Below are positions 38,475 through 47,027 of a stretch of DNA of 64,000 nt, in pieces. The stretch's first letter is position 1; every line of letters starts with the position of its first letter. Below the pieces are notes generated by a model. The model had not been told where the DNA came from and did not search any database. It saw nothing but the letters and a program-made list of their open reading frames with translations. A program made the position numbers and the translations under genes. Source of the DNA: an uncultured Gemmatimonadaceae bacterium (GTDB taxonomy: Bacteria > Gemmatimonadota > Gemmatimonadetes > Gemmatimonadales > Gemmatimonadaceae); the NCBI GenBank assembly GCA_963761305.1, contig CAVXGK010000001.1, positions 384,001-448,000 of the forward strand, read 5' to 3'.

Positions 38475-41400
38475 ATGATCATCCTGAAGACGCTTGGCGC
38501 CGTTTCGATCGAGATCGAGGACGTCGTGTCGGCCTACCGCCGCCAACTCGCCAAGCCGACCCAGTCCTGTACGACGCCTCGCGCATGGCGGCGCTTCGCG
38601 CTCTTGCTCTATCTCGCTGCGGAGCATGGACGCTCGGCGTCGCGAGATCAGCTGACGACCCTGATCTTTCCCGACAAGGCCCCGCCCGCGGATGCGCACT
38701 CGCTTCGCGAGCTGATCTACCAACTGCGACGCGCCGGCGTGCCGATCGTGAGCACTGGGCGCCAATACATAATCGAGTCGCGGTTCGTGCGCGCCGACTA
38801 CGACGAAGCGCTTTCCGCGCCCACGCTCGACGACGAAACGCTGAACGCCATGCTGGGTGGATTCCTTCCCACCGTCACGGCGCCGTGGAGCGAGGCGTAC
38901 ACGGAGTGGCTCGACGCGTGGCGTGCCGCCCGGATCGGCGAGCTCACTCGCCGCACGGTCGTGCAGATCGAGCAGGCTACCCATGCCGGTAGCTGGGAGG
39001 CCGTCGAGCGAGCCGCACGGGCGTGCCTCGGGGTCGATCCGTGGAACGAGACGGCGACGTTCTCGTTGGCCGAGGGTCTCGCCGTGGGTGGATCGAAGGC
39101 CGCCGCATTCCAGCTTCTCGACCGGTACATCGCCGAGGTGGCGCCGCAGTCCGCGGACCTCGCCGGGCGCGCCACGCGCCGCCGGCGCCGCATGAGCGAC
39201 GGGCCGTCGACTACGGTTCTTCGAGGCACAGGCTCCGGCGCCATCGACGACAACGGGGCGGCTTCGCCGCGTCTTATAGGTCGGGCCGGTGAACTGGGTA
39301 CGCTCATCGCCACATTCGATCGCGCCGAAGCCGGCGAGTCCCAATGCTTCGTCGTCGCCGGCGAGGCGGGCATCGGCAAGACTCGGCTCGTCGCCGACTT
39401 TTCGGCGGCCGCGCAGCTGCGTCAGGCGCACGTCGAACGCGTGACCATCCAGCCGCACGATGGCGACCGCCCGATGGGCGCCTTCGTCGACCTCGTTCCC
39501 GGGCTGCTCGAGGCCAACGGCGCGCTCGGCTGCTCCGAGGCGTCGATGGCGGCGCTCAGGAATCTCATCGGCCAGCGAGGCGCGGACGACGCGTCGCCCC
39601 AGACCGCCGGATCCGACGAGCACGAGCAGCGATGGTCGGCCGTGTCACGCGCTGTGGTGGACCTCTGCGACGCGATCGCGTCCGAGCAAACGCTGGTGCT
39701 GGTGATCGAAGACGCCCACTGGCTGGACGCGCTGTCGGCGAACACGATCGGACGCATCGTCGGCACCAAGCGCAAGGCGCGCATTCTGGTCGTCGCCACG
39801 ACGCGCGATCCGCGGCCGCTGGTGCGCGAGATCCGATTGACCGAGCGATGCCAGACCATCTCGCTGGGACAGTTGACGCCCGTCGCGGCGGCCGAGTTGC
39901 TCGACATCGTGCTTCCCATACAGGACCGCCGCGTGCGCGAGGACTGGATCGGCGAATCCCTTCAGTCGCTCAAAGACCGCATCGCCTCGATCTCGGCGGG
40001 CAATCCGCTGTTCTTGATCTCGCTCGCCGCCCACTCGCGCGCCCATCGCGGGCCGTTCGAGGTGCCGGGCACGATCGTCGAGACCTTCGCCCAGCGCATC
40101 GACGCCCTCTCGCACCGAGCGATGACCCTTCTCGCGACGTGCGCCCAGTTGGGGAAGCACAGCACGATCAAGCGTCTCGTGCTTGCCATGGAGATGAAGA
40201 AGCACGCGCTGGTGGAGGCGCTGCTGGAGCTCACCGACAGCGGCCTGGTCCTCCGCGACGCGCAGGCCGCGAACCTCACGCATCCGCTGGTGTCGGAAGC
40301 GCTTCGCACGCGCCTCCACGAACTCGCCCGCCGCGCGGTTGCCGACGCGGTCGCGGGCACGCTGGAGAAGGAAGCCGAAGGCGGCCAGTCGCCGGCTCTG
40401 TGGTGGGACGTAGCCGAGAGCTGGCGTGTGGCGGACAATCCGGAGAAGGCGATCCATGCGCTCAAGCGGTGCGCACAGCATGCCCTCGAGATTGGTCGGC
40501 CGGGGGAGGCGGCGAGAATTCTCTACGAGGCGGCGGCGCTTCCACAGCCGGTAGAATATTTGCTCGAGATGAGCGAAATACTGATTCGCGCCGCCGACGA
40601 AGCCGCCGAATATCCGTTGGTGTTGCGAGGATTCCAATTGCGCCGCCAAGCTCACCCGGCTCCACGACACGACGAAATCGAGGAGCTCGAGTGGAGGGCT
40701 CTACTCGCCCTCGACCATTCGGAGCGACCGTTCGCCCAGAGGCTCCACCAGTGCTTGTTGGCTCAAGAAGCAAGCCCGCGGCATCGGACTGCTGCAGCGA
40801 TAATGCTTCTCAAATGCGCTGACATGTTCGGACGACGGGACCTCGGTCTGTTCGCTACCAAACACGTGTCCGCAAATGACCTCGCTATGGTTGATCCATT
40901 GGTCGCTCTTGAGTTTGAGCTCCTCAAGGCATCCGTGCGAGGGCGCCGCGCCGCCGCTGCAGCCGTTGGACGTAAGATCCTAGAGAAGTCCGCGAGATCG
41001 CTCGAGCCGGCCCCACTTCACCTTCAGCGCAATGCCGCGACGGCGATCCGGCTAGCGGGCGACGCGACGGGCGCTATCGAAGCCTTCGAGGAGCTCTATC
41101 GGAAAGCGGATCGGGGGCGTTCGCCGAAAGCACAGCTCTACTCGTGCCTGCAGCTCTCCTCGACCTATCGAGATCTAGGCGTGGATACGGACGCGGACGT
41201 GTGGCTGAGCCGTGCCATGAGCATCGCCGCGGACTCCGACCATTTGACAACTGACTTTGAATTGGTAGCCGCACGAATCGAGACGGCCATCGGCCACGGT
41301 CATTTTGAGAGGGCAGAGATCGCGATGCGGGAGGGAGACGCCGCGGCGACGTTCTCTGGCGCCATATGCCGGCGCTTCCGCCGCGCCGCTGAGCTGGCGA

Positions 41401-41744
41401 TTCAAGTGGCGGCGGGCCACCGTGGTCAGTCCACGCGTGAACTCGTTCGCGCGATCGCGGACGACGACTTGAGAAGCATGACGGGCATCCGCGAATTTGA
41501 AATCGCGGTCCTGGTTGACGCGCTTGGGCGTCTCGGTCTCGCGGACGACGCTAAGGCAACACTGGCGGCTTACCTTGCAGCGCGAGATGAACTGCGGCCT
41601 CTATCCGCACTCCTTACACGATCCGCGCATGTAGCGGGCTGCGAAGCCCTCACCGAACGGTTCAACCGTTCTTCAGCAGCCAGGTGGCGACAGAGCAAGA
41701 AGAGAAAGCGCGCCCCGGAAGAGGCAATCGAGTTGCAGGCCTAG
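38475..41744 (+). CDS. SARP-like regulator: wHTH + BTAD + AAA_16/STAND NTPase + helical repeat C-terminus
   Basis: ALLLYL..SRDQL..LRELIYQLR; CLGVDPWNE; LIGRAGEL; Walker A GEAGIGKT; Walker B VIEDAHWLD; GNPLFL. Confidence 0.88.
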   Translation: MIILKTLGAVSIEIEDVVSAYRRQLAKPTQSCTTPRAWRRFALLLYLAAEHGRSASRDQLTTLIFPDKAPPADAHSLRELIYQLRRAGVPIVSTGRQYIIESRFVRADYDEALSAPTLDDETLNAMLGGFLPTVTAPWSEAYTEWLDAWRAARIGELTRRTVVQIEQATHAGSWEAVERAARACLGVDPWNETATFSLAEGLAVGGSKAAAFQLLDRYIAEVAPQSADLAGRATRRRRRMSDGPSTTVLRGTGSGAIDDNGAASPRLIGRAGELGTLIATFDRAEAGESQCFVVAGEAGIGKTRLVADFSAAAQLRQAHVERVTIQPHDGDRPMGAFVDLVPGLLEANGALGCSEASMAALRNLIGQRGADDASPQTAGSDEHEQRWSAVSRAVVDLCDAIASEQTLVLVIEDAHWLDALSANTIGRIVGTKRKARILVVATTRDPRPLVREIRLTERCQTISLGQLTPVAAAELLDIVLPIQDRRVREDWIGESLQSLKDRIASISAGNPLFLISLAAHSRAHRGPFEVPGTIVETFAQRIDALSHRAMTLLATCAQLGKHSTIKRLVLAMEMKKHALVEALLELTDSGLVLRDAQAANLTHPLVSEALRTRLHELARRAVADAVAGTLEKEAEGGQSPALWWDVAESWRVADNPEKAIHALKRCAQHALEIGRPGEAARILYEAAALPQPVEYLLEMSEILIRAADEAAEYPLVLRGFQLRRQAHPAPRHDEIEELEWRALLALDHSERPFAQRLHQCLLAQEASPRHRTAAAIMLLKCADMFGRRDLGLFATKHVSANDLAMVDPLVALEFELLKASVRGRRAAAAAVGRKILEKSARSLEPAPLHLQRNAATAIRLAGDATGAIEAFEELYRKADRGRSPKAQLYSCLQLSSTYRDLGVDTDADVWLSRAMSIAADSDHLTTDFELVAARIETAIGHGHFERAEIAMREGDAAATFSGAICRRFRRAAELAIQVAAGHRGQSTRELVRAIADDDLRSMTGIREFEIAVLVDALGRLGLADDAKATLAAYLAARDELRPLSALLTRSAHVAGCEALTERFNRSSAARWRQSKKRKRAPEEAIELQA

Positions 41745-41781
41745 GAATGAGCGCGGGACTCCTCGAATTGCGGTTAGGGCG

Positions 41782-43179
41782 CTACGCGCCCAACCGCAAT
41801 CTGTTCCGCCGCGGGGCGGTTGCACGAGCCGAGCGCGTCGTTAGGACGGCAAGCGACGCAATCGAAGCATCGCTAGCAACCGGCGCGAAAAGGGTGGACC
41901 ATAGCGGGCTCGCAAGCAGGCGATCAGTTATCTCGGGATCGAATTGCGTTGCCCGACAGCGGACAATTTCATTTTTGACCTGAGTCTCGCTAAGCGGCCC
42001 TCGGTATGGCCGCTCTGTGGTCATCGCATCGATAGTGTCAGCGAAGCGTATGATTCTGGCTGCGAGAGGAATGTTGTCCTCGGCCAGCCCCGTCGGGTAA
42101 CCGGTGCCATCCCAATTCTCGTGGTGATGGCGCACGGCGGGGACCAAGGCGCGCAGTTTGGTCATCGTCGCGATAAGGTTCGCGCCGTCGTCAGGATGGT
42201 CGCGAATAATCGCCCATTCTTCGGGCGTCAACTTATCCTGCTTTGAGAGAACTGACGCATACTTCTCATAGATTTTTCCAACGTCATGAAGCAATGCCGC
42301 ACGCCCAATCTCTTCAACTTGTCGGTCAGATAGCCCAATCGCACGGCCGATTGTCGTTGAAAACTGCTGCACCCGACGCGAGTGTCCAGATGTATAGGGA
42401 TCGCGTGCTTCAAGCGACTTGACCATCAGTTCAAGCAACTCCTCGTTGGTTCGCTCAAGGTCCAGATTCGCCTGCTGCACCTGGCGCAGCCCGAGGATCG
42501 GCACCCAGCACGTCGCTGCCGCGATAGCGCCGAATACGGCGTAGACCCATCCGAAGACAAAGACGAGCGGCACAACAAGGAAGTCGAGTCCGATCGTGGC
42601 TCGATGGTTCTCTTGAAGGACGGCCTTGACGCGCCGACCGTTGCTCGTCGCGATGGCGACCGCAACGATGAGGTTGTTTGCAACAAGGGCCAGGGCGAAC
42701 GCGGTGAGCGCTGGCAATCCGGCGACCCGAGTCACGTGCGTCAGGCTGTGTGAATCGGTGATGCTACCTAGTGCAATTCCACCGAGTGCCAGGTAGACCG
42801 CGACGGCAACCAATTCCATTATCGCGTGCGACGAGATGTTCAGCAGCGCTTTAATCGGTGCTCGTCGCTGCCACAGCTCGACAACGGCCTTCACCAGCAC
42901 AACGCAAGCAACGCTTGGCCAAGCGGGTACTACGACAGCAGCCGCAAAATACGGAATGAACCCGATGGACCCGCTTGCAGACGCGGGTAGCAGAAAGGTG
43001 AGCAGTTCGGCTGTAACGGCCAGCGCGCATAGAGCGAGAGCGTCGGAAACCATCGCCTCCGGAACCGATGGCGCATGCAAGTATAGGGCGGCCGTCCCGA
43101 GGACTGCCGCTGCTACAACGCAGCTCACGAACGCTAGGGTTGCTCGACGCATAGGAAAACTTCGACCCCCTTCTCTCAC
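41782..43179 (-). CDS. HD-GYP phosphodiesterase with N-terminal multi-TM sensor
   Basis: About 6-7 TM helices; RDPYTSGHSRRV, LLHDVGK, HHHENWDGTGYP, ARII..ADTIDAMTTERPYR; start GTG 43179 or ATG 43152. Confidence 0.93.
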   Translation of the reverse strand: MREGGRSFPMRRATLAFVSCVVAAAVLGTAALYLHAPSVPEAMVSDALALCALAVTAELLTFLLPASASGSIGFIPYFAAAVVVPAWPSVACVVLVKAVVELWQRRAPIKALLNISSHAIMELVAVAVYLALGGIALGSITDSHSLTHVTRVAGLPALTAFALALVANNLIVAVAIATSNGRRVKAVLQENHRATIGLDFLVVPLVFVFGWVYAVFGAIAAATCWVPILGLRQVQQANLDLERTNEELLELMVKSLEARDPYTSGHSRRVQQFSTTIGRAIGLSDRQVEEIGRAALLHDVGKIYEKYASVLSKQDKLTPEEWAIIRDHPDDGANLIATMTKLRALVPAVRHHHENWDGTGYPTGLAEDNIPLAARIIRFADTIDAMTTERPYRGPLSETQVKNEIVRCRATQFDPEITDRLLASPLWSTLFAPVASDASIASLAVLTTRSARATAPRRNRLRLGA

Positions 43180-43230
43180 CTAAACCCAGGTCACATTCCC
43201 TGCAAACAAGCAAAGCAGGAATGCCAGCAT
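43180..43230 (-). CDS. 16-aa micropeptide MLAFLLCLFAGNVTWV
   Basis: RBS AAGGGGGTGA 5 nt before the ATG; its TAG abuts the GTG of the HD-GYP frame. Confidence 0.7.
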   Translation of the reverse strand: MLAFLLCLFAGNVTWV

Positions 43231-43254
43231 ACGCGTCACCCCCTTGGTACGTCA

Positions 43255-43350
43255 GTCACGGGTTGTTTCCCGTGCTCCAAAGTGAGCTTCGCTCAAATAC
43301 CCTGGACGGAATTGTCCTCCGCTCGTCTTCGCTTTCAGCGAGGGAGGGGG
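43255..43350 (-). ncRNA. Candidate structured 5' leader (four hairpins)
   Basis: Minus strand TCGCT-gaa-AGCGA, GGAC-aattcc-GTCC, GAGC-gaa-GCTC, CACGGG-aaacaa-CCCGTG directly upstream of the peptide RBS. Confidence 0.4.
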
Positions 43351-43598
43351 TCGTTTTCTAGTTTTTTAAATAGTGAATTATGAGGATGGTGGACGTTCGC
43401 CGCGCTGTGTAACTCGCTCCGCGAACCCGCGCCCAGGACACGCTCTCGCGCCCCGCGCCGGGCTCGATCAGTCTGTCACTCTTCCTCAAGTATCGGCGAA
43501 GCGGTATACCACGCTGTCGACCATGATACGATTCGTTACAGAAACCGCGAGTATTCTACAATTTTGTAAACGACCCGCCGAACCTGCTCGCCCTCAAT

Positions 43599-43678
43599 CC
43601 GGTCCACCGGTCCACCGGTCCACCGGTCCACCGGTCCACCGGTCCACCGGTCCACCGGTCCACCGGTCTACCGATCCA
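43599..43678 (-). repeat. GGTGGACC octamer tandem array (8 perfect units plus variants)
   Basis: (ccggtcca)x8, ccggtcta, ccgatcca; supplies the TAG of 43668..44504. Confidence 0.95.
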
Positions 43679-44504
43679 GCCACCGGTTCGTCGCGTCCAG
43701 GATCGCCAGCACGCTCGCCGTCTCGGGACTCTCGCGCACTTCCGCGCTCCCCGTCATCAGCGCCGTCTCGCGGCCGTGCTTCGTCGACACACCGACGAAC
43801 ACGAAATTGCGGTCGAATGCCTCGAGGAAACGGCAGCCCTCCAACCCCAGCACGCGCTCGTCGCCCTCGGCAAGCTTGATCGCCATGAGCGAGGCGCGCG
43901 CGGCGAGCTCGATCCGAAGTCGTTCGTTCTCAATGCCTTCGGCCTCGCCCACGTACGACTCATCGCCTTTTCGCAGGGTCACGCGACACATCACGCCGCG
44001 TGTCCGGGATCTCCTGACTTCAACATCCTCGAAATAGATCCGCCGCTTGTTCAACACAGCGATCGCTTCCACGCTCGCCGGCGTAAACTGTCGCGGTGCA
44101 CTGGACAAAATGGCCGATGCCGGCGCCGAGGGCTTCAGCGGCAATGCCGGCGCGCTCCCGCTGCCGTTGCCATTGCCATTGGCGATGCCGTTGCCGTTCC
44201 CGTTGCGAGAACCCTTCTGGCTCTCGTCCGACGTCGCCACCGAAATCTTCTTGTGCGACACGTGCATGCCGAGATGCGCGATCAACGCGCTCTCCACGTT
44301 TCGAACCGTCTGCTTCGGCGTGACTTCGGTCGTCGTCAGGATGTGAATTTCGTCCACCGCTCCGTTGGGGCTGGCGACGATGCGCGCGGATATCACCCCG
44401 GGCAGCGTGGCCAAAAGCTCCTCGGCGCGCTGAATGGGTAGCACACTACCGGCGATCAGTGACGACTCGGCCGTTGGCGCAGAATTGGTGTTGGGCAGCG
44501 GCAA
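43668..44504 (-). CDS. Conserved hypothetical two-domain protein
   Basis: EELLATLPGVISARIV..DEIHIL..PKQTVRNVESAL..KKISVA; NG-rich linker; C-domain ..TGSAEV..LAILDATNRW. Confidence 0.8.
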   Translation of the reverse strand: MPLPNTNSAPTAESSLIAGSVLPIQRAEELLATLPGVISARIVASPNGAVDEIHILTTTEVTPKQTVRNVESALIAHLGMHVSHKKISVATSDESQKGSRNGNGNGIANGNGNGSGSAPALPLKPSAPASAILSSAPRQFTPASVEAIAVLNKRRIYFEDVEVRRSRTRGVMCRVTLRKGDESYVGEAEGIENERLRIELAARASLMAIKLAEGDERVLGLEGCRFLEAFDRNFVFVGVSTKHGRETALMTGSAEVRESPETASVLAILDATNRWLDR

Positions 44505-44762
44505 CGCAGTACTCCGGCGTCGAAAAGGCGGGGACTTCCTCGGTAAAGACGACGCGTTCTACGCCGCGTCACGTCCCCCCGGGTAAGTATTGCCCGCATG
44601 GGACCTTAAAGGGGGCGTGAACATACCCCTCCTTGACCGATTTTTCAAGCACAACGTGCGCGTCTTAGCACGAATGTGAACAACTCGTTCGCGTACGTGA
44701 ATAACTCGTCGCGAACGTGCATAAGTTCCGCACGCACCGCTGAATTTGGATGCTATTGCCCG

Positions 44763-46331
44763 CTACTCGAAGTTCTCTTCGGGCATCCGGTATTCTTTGA
44801 TCTTGCGATACAGGGTTCGCTCGCCGATTCCCAGCATGTCGGCGGCGCGCCGGCGATTGCCGCGCGATTCGCGCAGCGCGAGCTCGATGGCCGCACGTTC
44901 GATCTCGGCCATCGTCATGCCCGGCGTGATGCTGATGATGTTCGGCGGCGGCGGCTGATCGCGCGGCTCGATGCCCGGCACGCTCGGAACGGTTGATACA
45001 CTTGGCACACTCGGCACGCTCCCACCGGGCTGCACTTCGCCGATCCATCCGTCGTTCGGCCGGTGGTCGATGCGACGGCGCAGCTCTTCGACTTGCAGCT
45101 TGAGCTCGAGCAAGCTGCGCACGATGAACTCCAGCTCTCGTCCGCCCGCGGCGGCGGCATCCTGCGCGCGCAGCAATGGGCCGACGTGCACCGGCAACAG
45201 TCGTCCGCCGCCACCCTCCCGGATGTGCCGAGGCAGATCGTTCGGCTCGATCTCGTGATCGGGCGCGAGCACGACCATGCTCTCGATGAGATTGCGCAGC
45301 TCGCGCACGTTCCCCGGCCACGGATACTCGGCCAACCGCTGCATCGCGTCGGCCGAGATGCCGTGAAACTTGCGGTCGTGCTGGGCCGAGTAGTCGGTGA
45401 TGAAGCGGCGCACGAGCATGGGGATGTCTTCGGGACGTTCGCGCAGCGGCGGGAGATAGATGCGGAGAACGTTGAGTCGATAAAACAGATCGGCGCGAAA
45501 GCGCCCGTCGTCCACCAGCTCGCGAATCGGCTGGTTGGTGGCGGCGATCACGCGCACGTTCACCGAGATGGGCGACACGCCGCCGACGCGCATGAACTCG
45601 CGCTCCTCGAGCACGCGCAGGAGCTTGACCTGCGTGGCCGGCGGAATTTCGCCGATCTCGTCGAGAAAGAGCGTTCCCGTATCAGCAAGCTCGAATCTGC
45701 CGAGCCGGCGCTCGGCGGCGCCGGTAAAGGCGCCCTTCTCGTGGCCGAACAACTCGCTCTCGAGGAGGCTCTCCGGCAGCGCGCCCACGTTCTCGGCGAT
45801 GAACGGCTTGCTGCGGCGGTTCGACAGCATGTGGATGGCGCGGGCGACGAGCTCCTTCCCCGTTCCGCTCTCGCCTTCGATGAGCACCGTGCTCGACACG
45901 GGCGCCATCTGCTCGACCTGCACCATCACCTCGCGCATCCCGTCGCTCTCGCCGATGAGCCCCGTGATGCGCTGAAGCCGGCGGCGCTCGAGGATGCGCT
46001 TGAGCCCCGCGACGACTTCGTCGACGTCGATCGGCTTCGTGAATACCTCTATGTACCCGATGGCCCGGAGACGCACGATGAGATCGGGATCGCTCGACTC
46101 GGCCAACCCGACCGACGGCGCGCCGTCCCATAGCTGCTCCTTCACTAGCGACACGGTGAGCGGATCGGTGAGGTCGCCGGTGAATACGAGGACGTCGGGC
46201 TTTGCGCGTCTGATGGACGAGCGGATGTCGTCGAGCGGCGAGACGAGCGCTGTTTCCACGCCATCGCGCTCGAGCACGGCGTTGATGCGGACCGCCGGCT
46301 CGACGTCCTGCAACGTGAGAAGAGCTCTCAT
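44763..46331 (-). CDS. Sigma-54-dependent activator (degenerate receiver, AAA+, Fis HTH)
   Basis: GESGTGKE, ESELFGHEKGAFTGA, FLDEIGE, WPGNVREL, GNRRRAADMLGIGERTLYRK. Confidence 0.95.
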   Translation of the reverse strand: MRALLTLQDVEPAVRINAVLERDGVETALVSPLDDIRSSIRRAKPDVLVFTGDLTDPLTVSLVKEQLWDGAPSVGLAESSDPDLIVRLRAIGYIEVFTKPIDVDEVVAGLKRILERRRLQRITGLIGESDGMREVMVQVEQMAPVSSTVLIEGESGTGKELVARAIHMLSNRRSKPFIAENVGALPESLLESELFGHEKGAFTGAAERRLGRFELADTGTLFLDEIGEIPPATQVKLLRVLEEREFMRVGGVSPISVNVRVIAATNQPIRELVDDGRFRADLFYRLNVLRIYLPPLRERPEDIPMLVRRFITDYSAQHDRKFHGISADAMQRLAEYPWPGNVRELRNLIESMVVLAPDHEIEPNDLPRHIREGGGGRLLPVHVGPLLRAQDAAAAGGRELEFIVRSLLELKLQVEELRRRIDHRPNDGWIGEVQPGGSVPSVPSVSTVPSVPGIEPRDQPPPPNIISITPGMTMAEIERAAIELALRESRGNRRRAADMLGIGERTLYRKIKEYRMPEENFE

Positions 46332-46825
46332 CGGCCGGGTGCGGGTGTATGATCGGTCGCGTCACCGCGCAGGATGGCAACCGCGTGGGCGACGATCGGA
46401 TCGAGCGCGGCGAGTCCGTCGCGCACGCCGCTGGTCGAGCCGGGCAGATTCACAATGAGAGTTTTGTGACGGACGCCGGCCACGCCGCGGGCGAGGGCGG
46501 CGCGCGGCATGTCGGTCAGCGACAGCACCCGGATTCGCTCGGCGATCCCGGGCGCTTCGCGATCGAGCACGGCGCGGGTGGCTTCGGGGGTTATGTCGGT
46601 GGGGCTGAGACCGGTGCCGCCGGTGGTAAGGATCAGGTCGGCTTGGTCCTCGTCGGCCCAGGTTGTGAGGGCGTCGACGATCTGGAGGGAGTCGTCGGGG
46701 ACGACGGCCCGCACCGCGAGCTGATAGGCGTGGGCCGAGGCCCACGCTTCTATAGTATCGCCGGACGTGTCGGCACGGTCGCCGAGCGCGGCGGAGGAGG
46801 AGATTGTCAGGATGGCAACCCGCAT
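46328..46825 (-). CDS. Molybdopterin adenylyltransferase, MogA/MoaB family
   Basis: DTSG, VVPDD, LILTTGGTGLSPTDITPEAT, APGIAE, VNLPGS. Confidence 0.92.
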   Translation of the reverse strand: MRVAILTISSSAALGDRADTSGDTIEAWASAHAYQLAVRAVVPDDSLQIVDALTTWADEDQADLILTTGGTGLSPTDITPEATRAVLDREAPGIAERIRVLSLTDMPRAALARGVAGVRHKTLIVNLPGSTSGVRDGLAALDPIVAHAVAILRGDATDHTPAPGR

Positions 46826-46879
46826 CTGCCTAATTTGCGGGCTCTGGGAACGGCGTGAAAGACCAAAGGCGCGAAACTG

Positions 46880-46940
46880 CCGGTAGCCGAGAGCGGGTAG
46901 CCGAGAGCGGGTTCCGAGAGCTGGCAGCCGACAGCTGGTT
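46880..46940. repeat. Short intergenic 14-bp (2x7) tandem repeat
   Basis: ggtagccgagagcg ggtagccgagagcg ggttccgagagctg gcagccgacagctg. Confidence 0.7.
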
Positions 46941-47027
46941 ATCAGTACTTCTAGGACCATAGTCCCGTCGACCAACCACTGTGTGTCTGTCTACGATGTT
47001 CGCGTGTGGCCGACGTTGGGGATTCCG

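Noticed and set aside
43373..43879. ORFs with GPPVHRST repeats (also at 10983, 26661, 62530)
   Set aside because: Shadow translations of the GGTGGACC octamer arrays
44505..44760. Sigma-54 promoter downstream of the activator gene
   Set aside because: No convincing TGGCAC-N5-TTGC with correct spacing seen by eye
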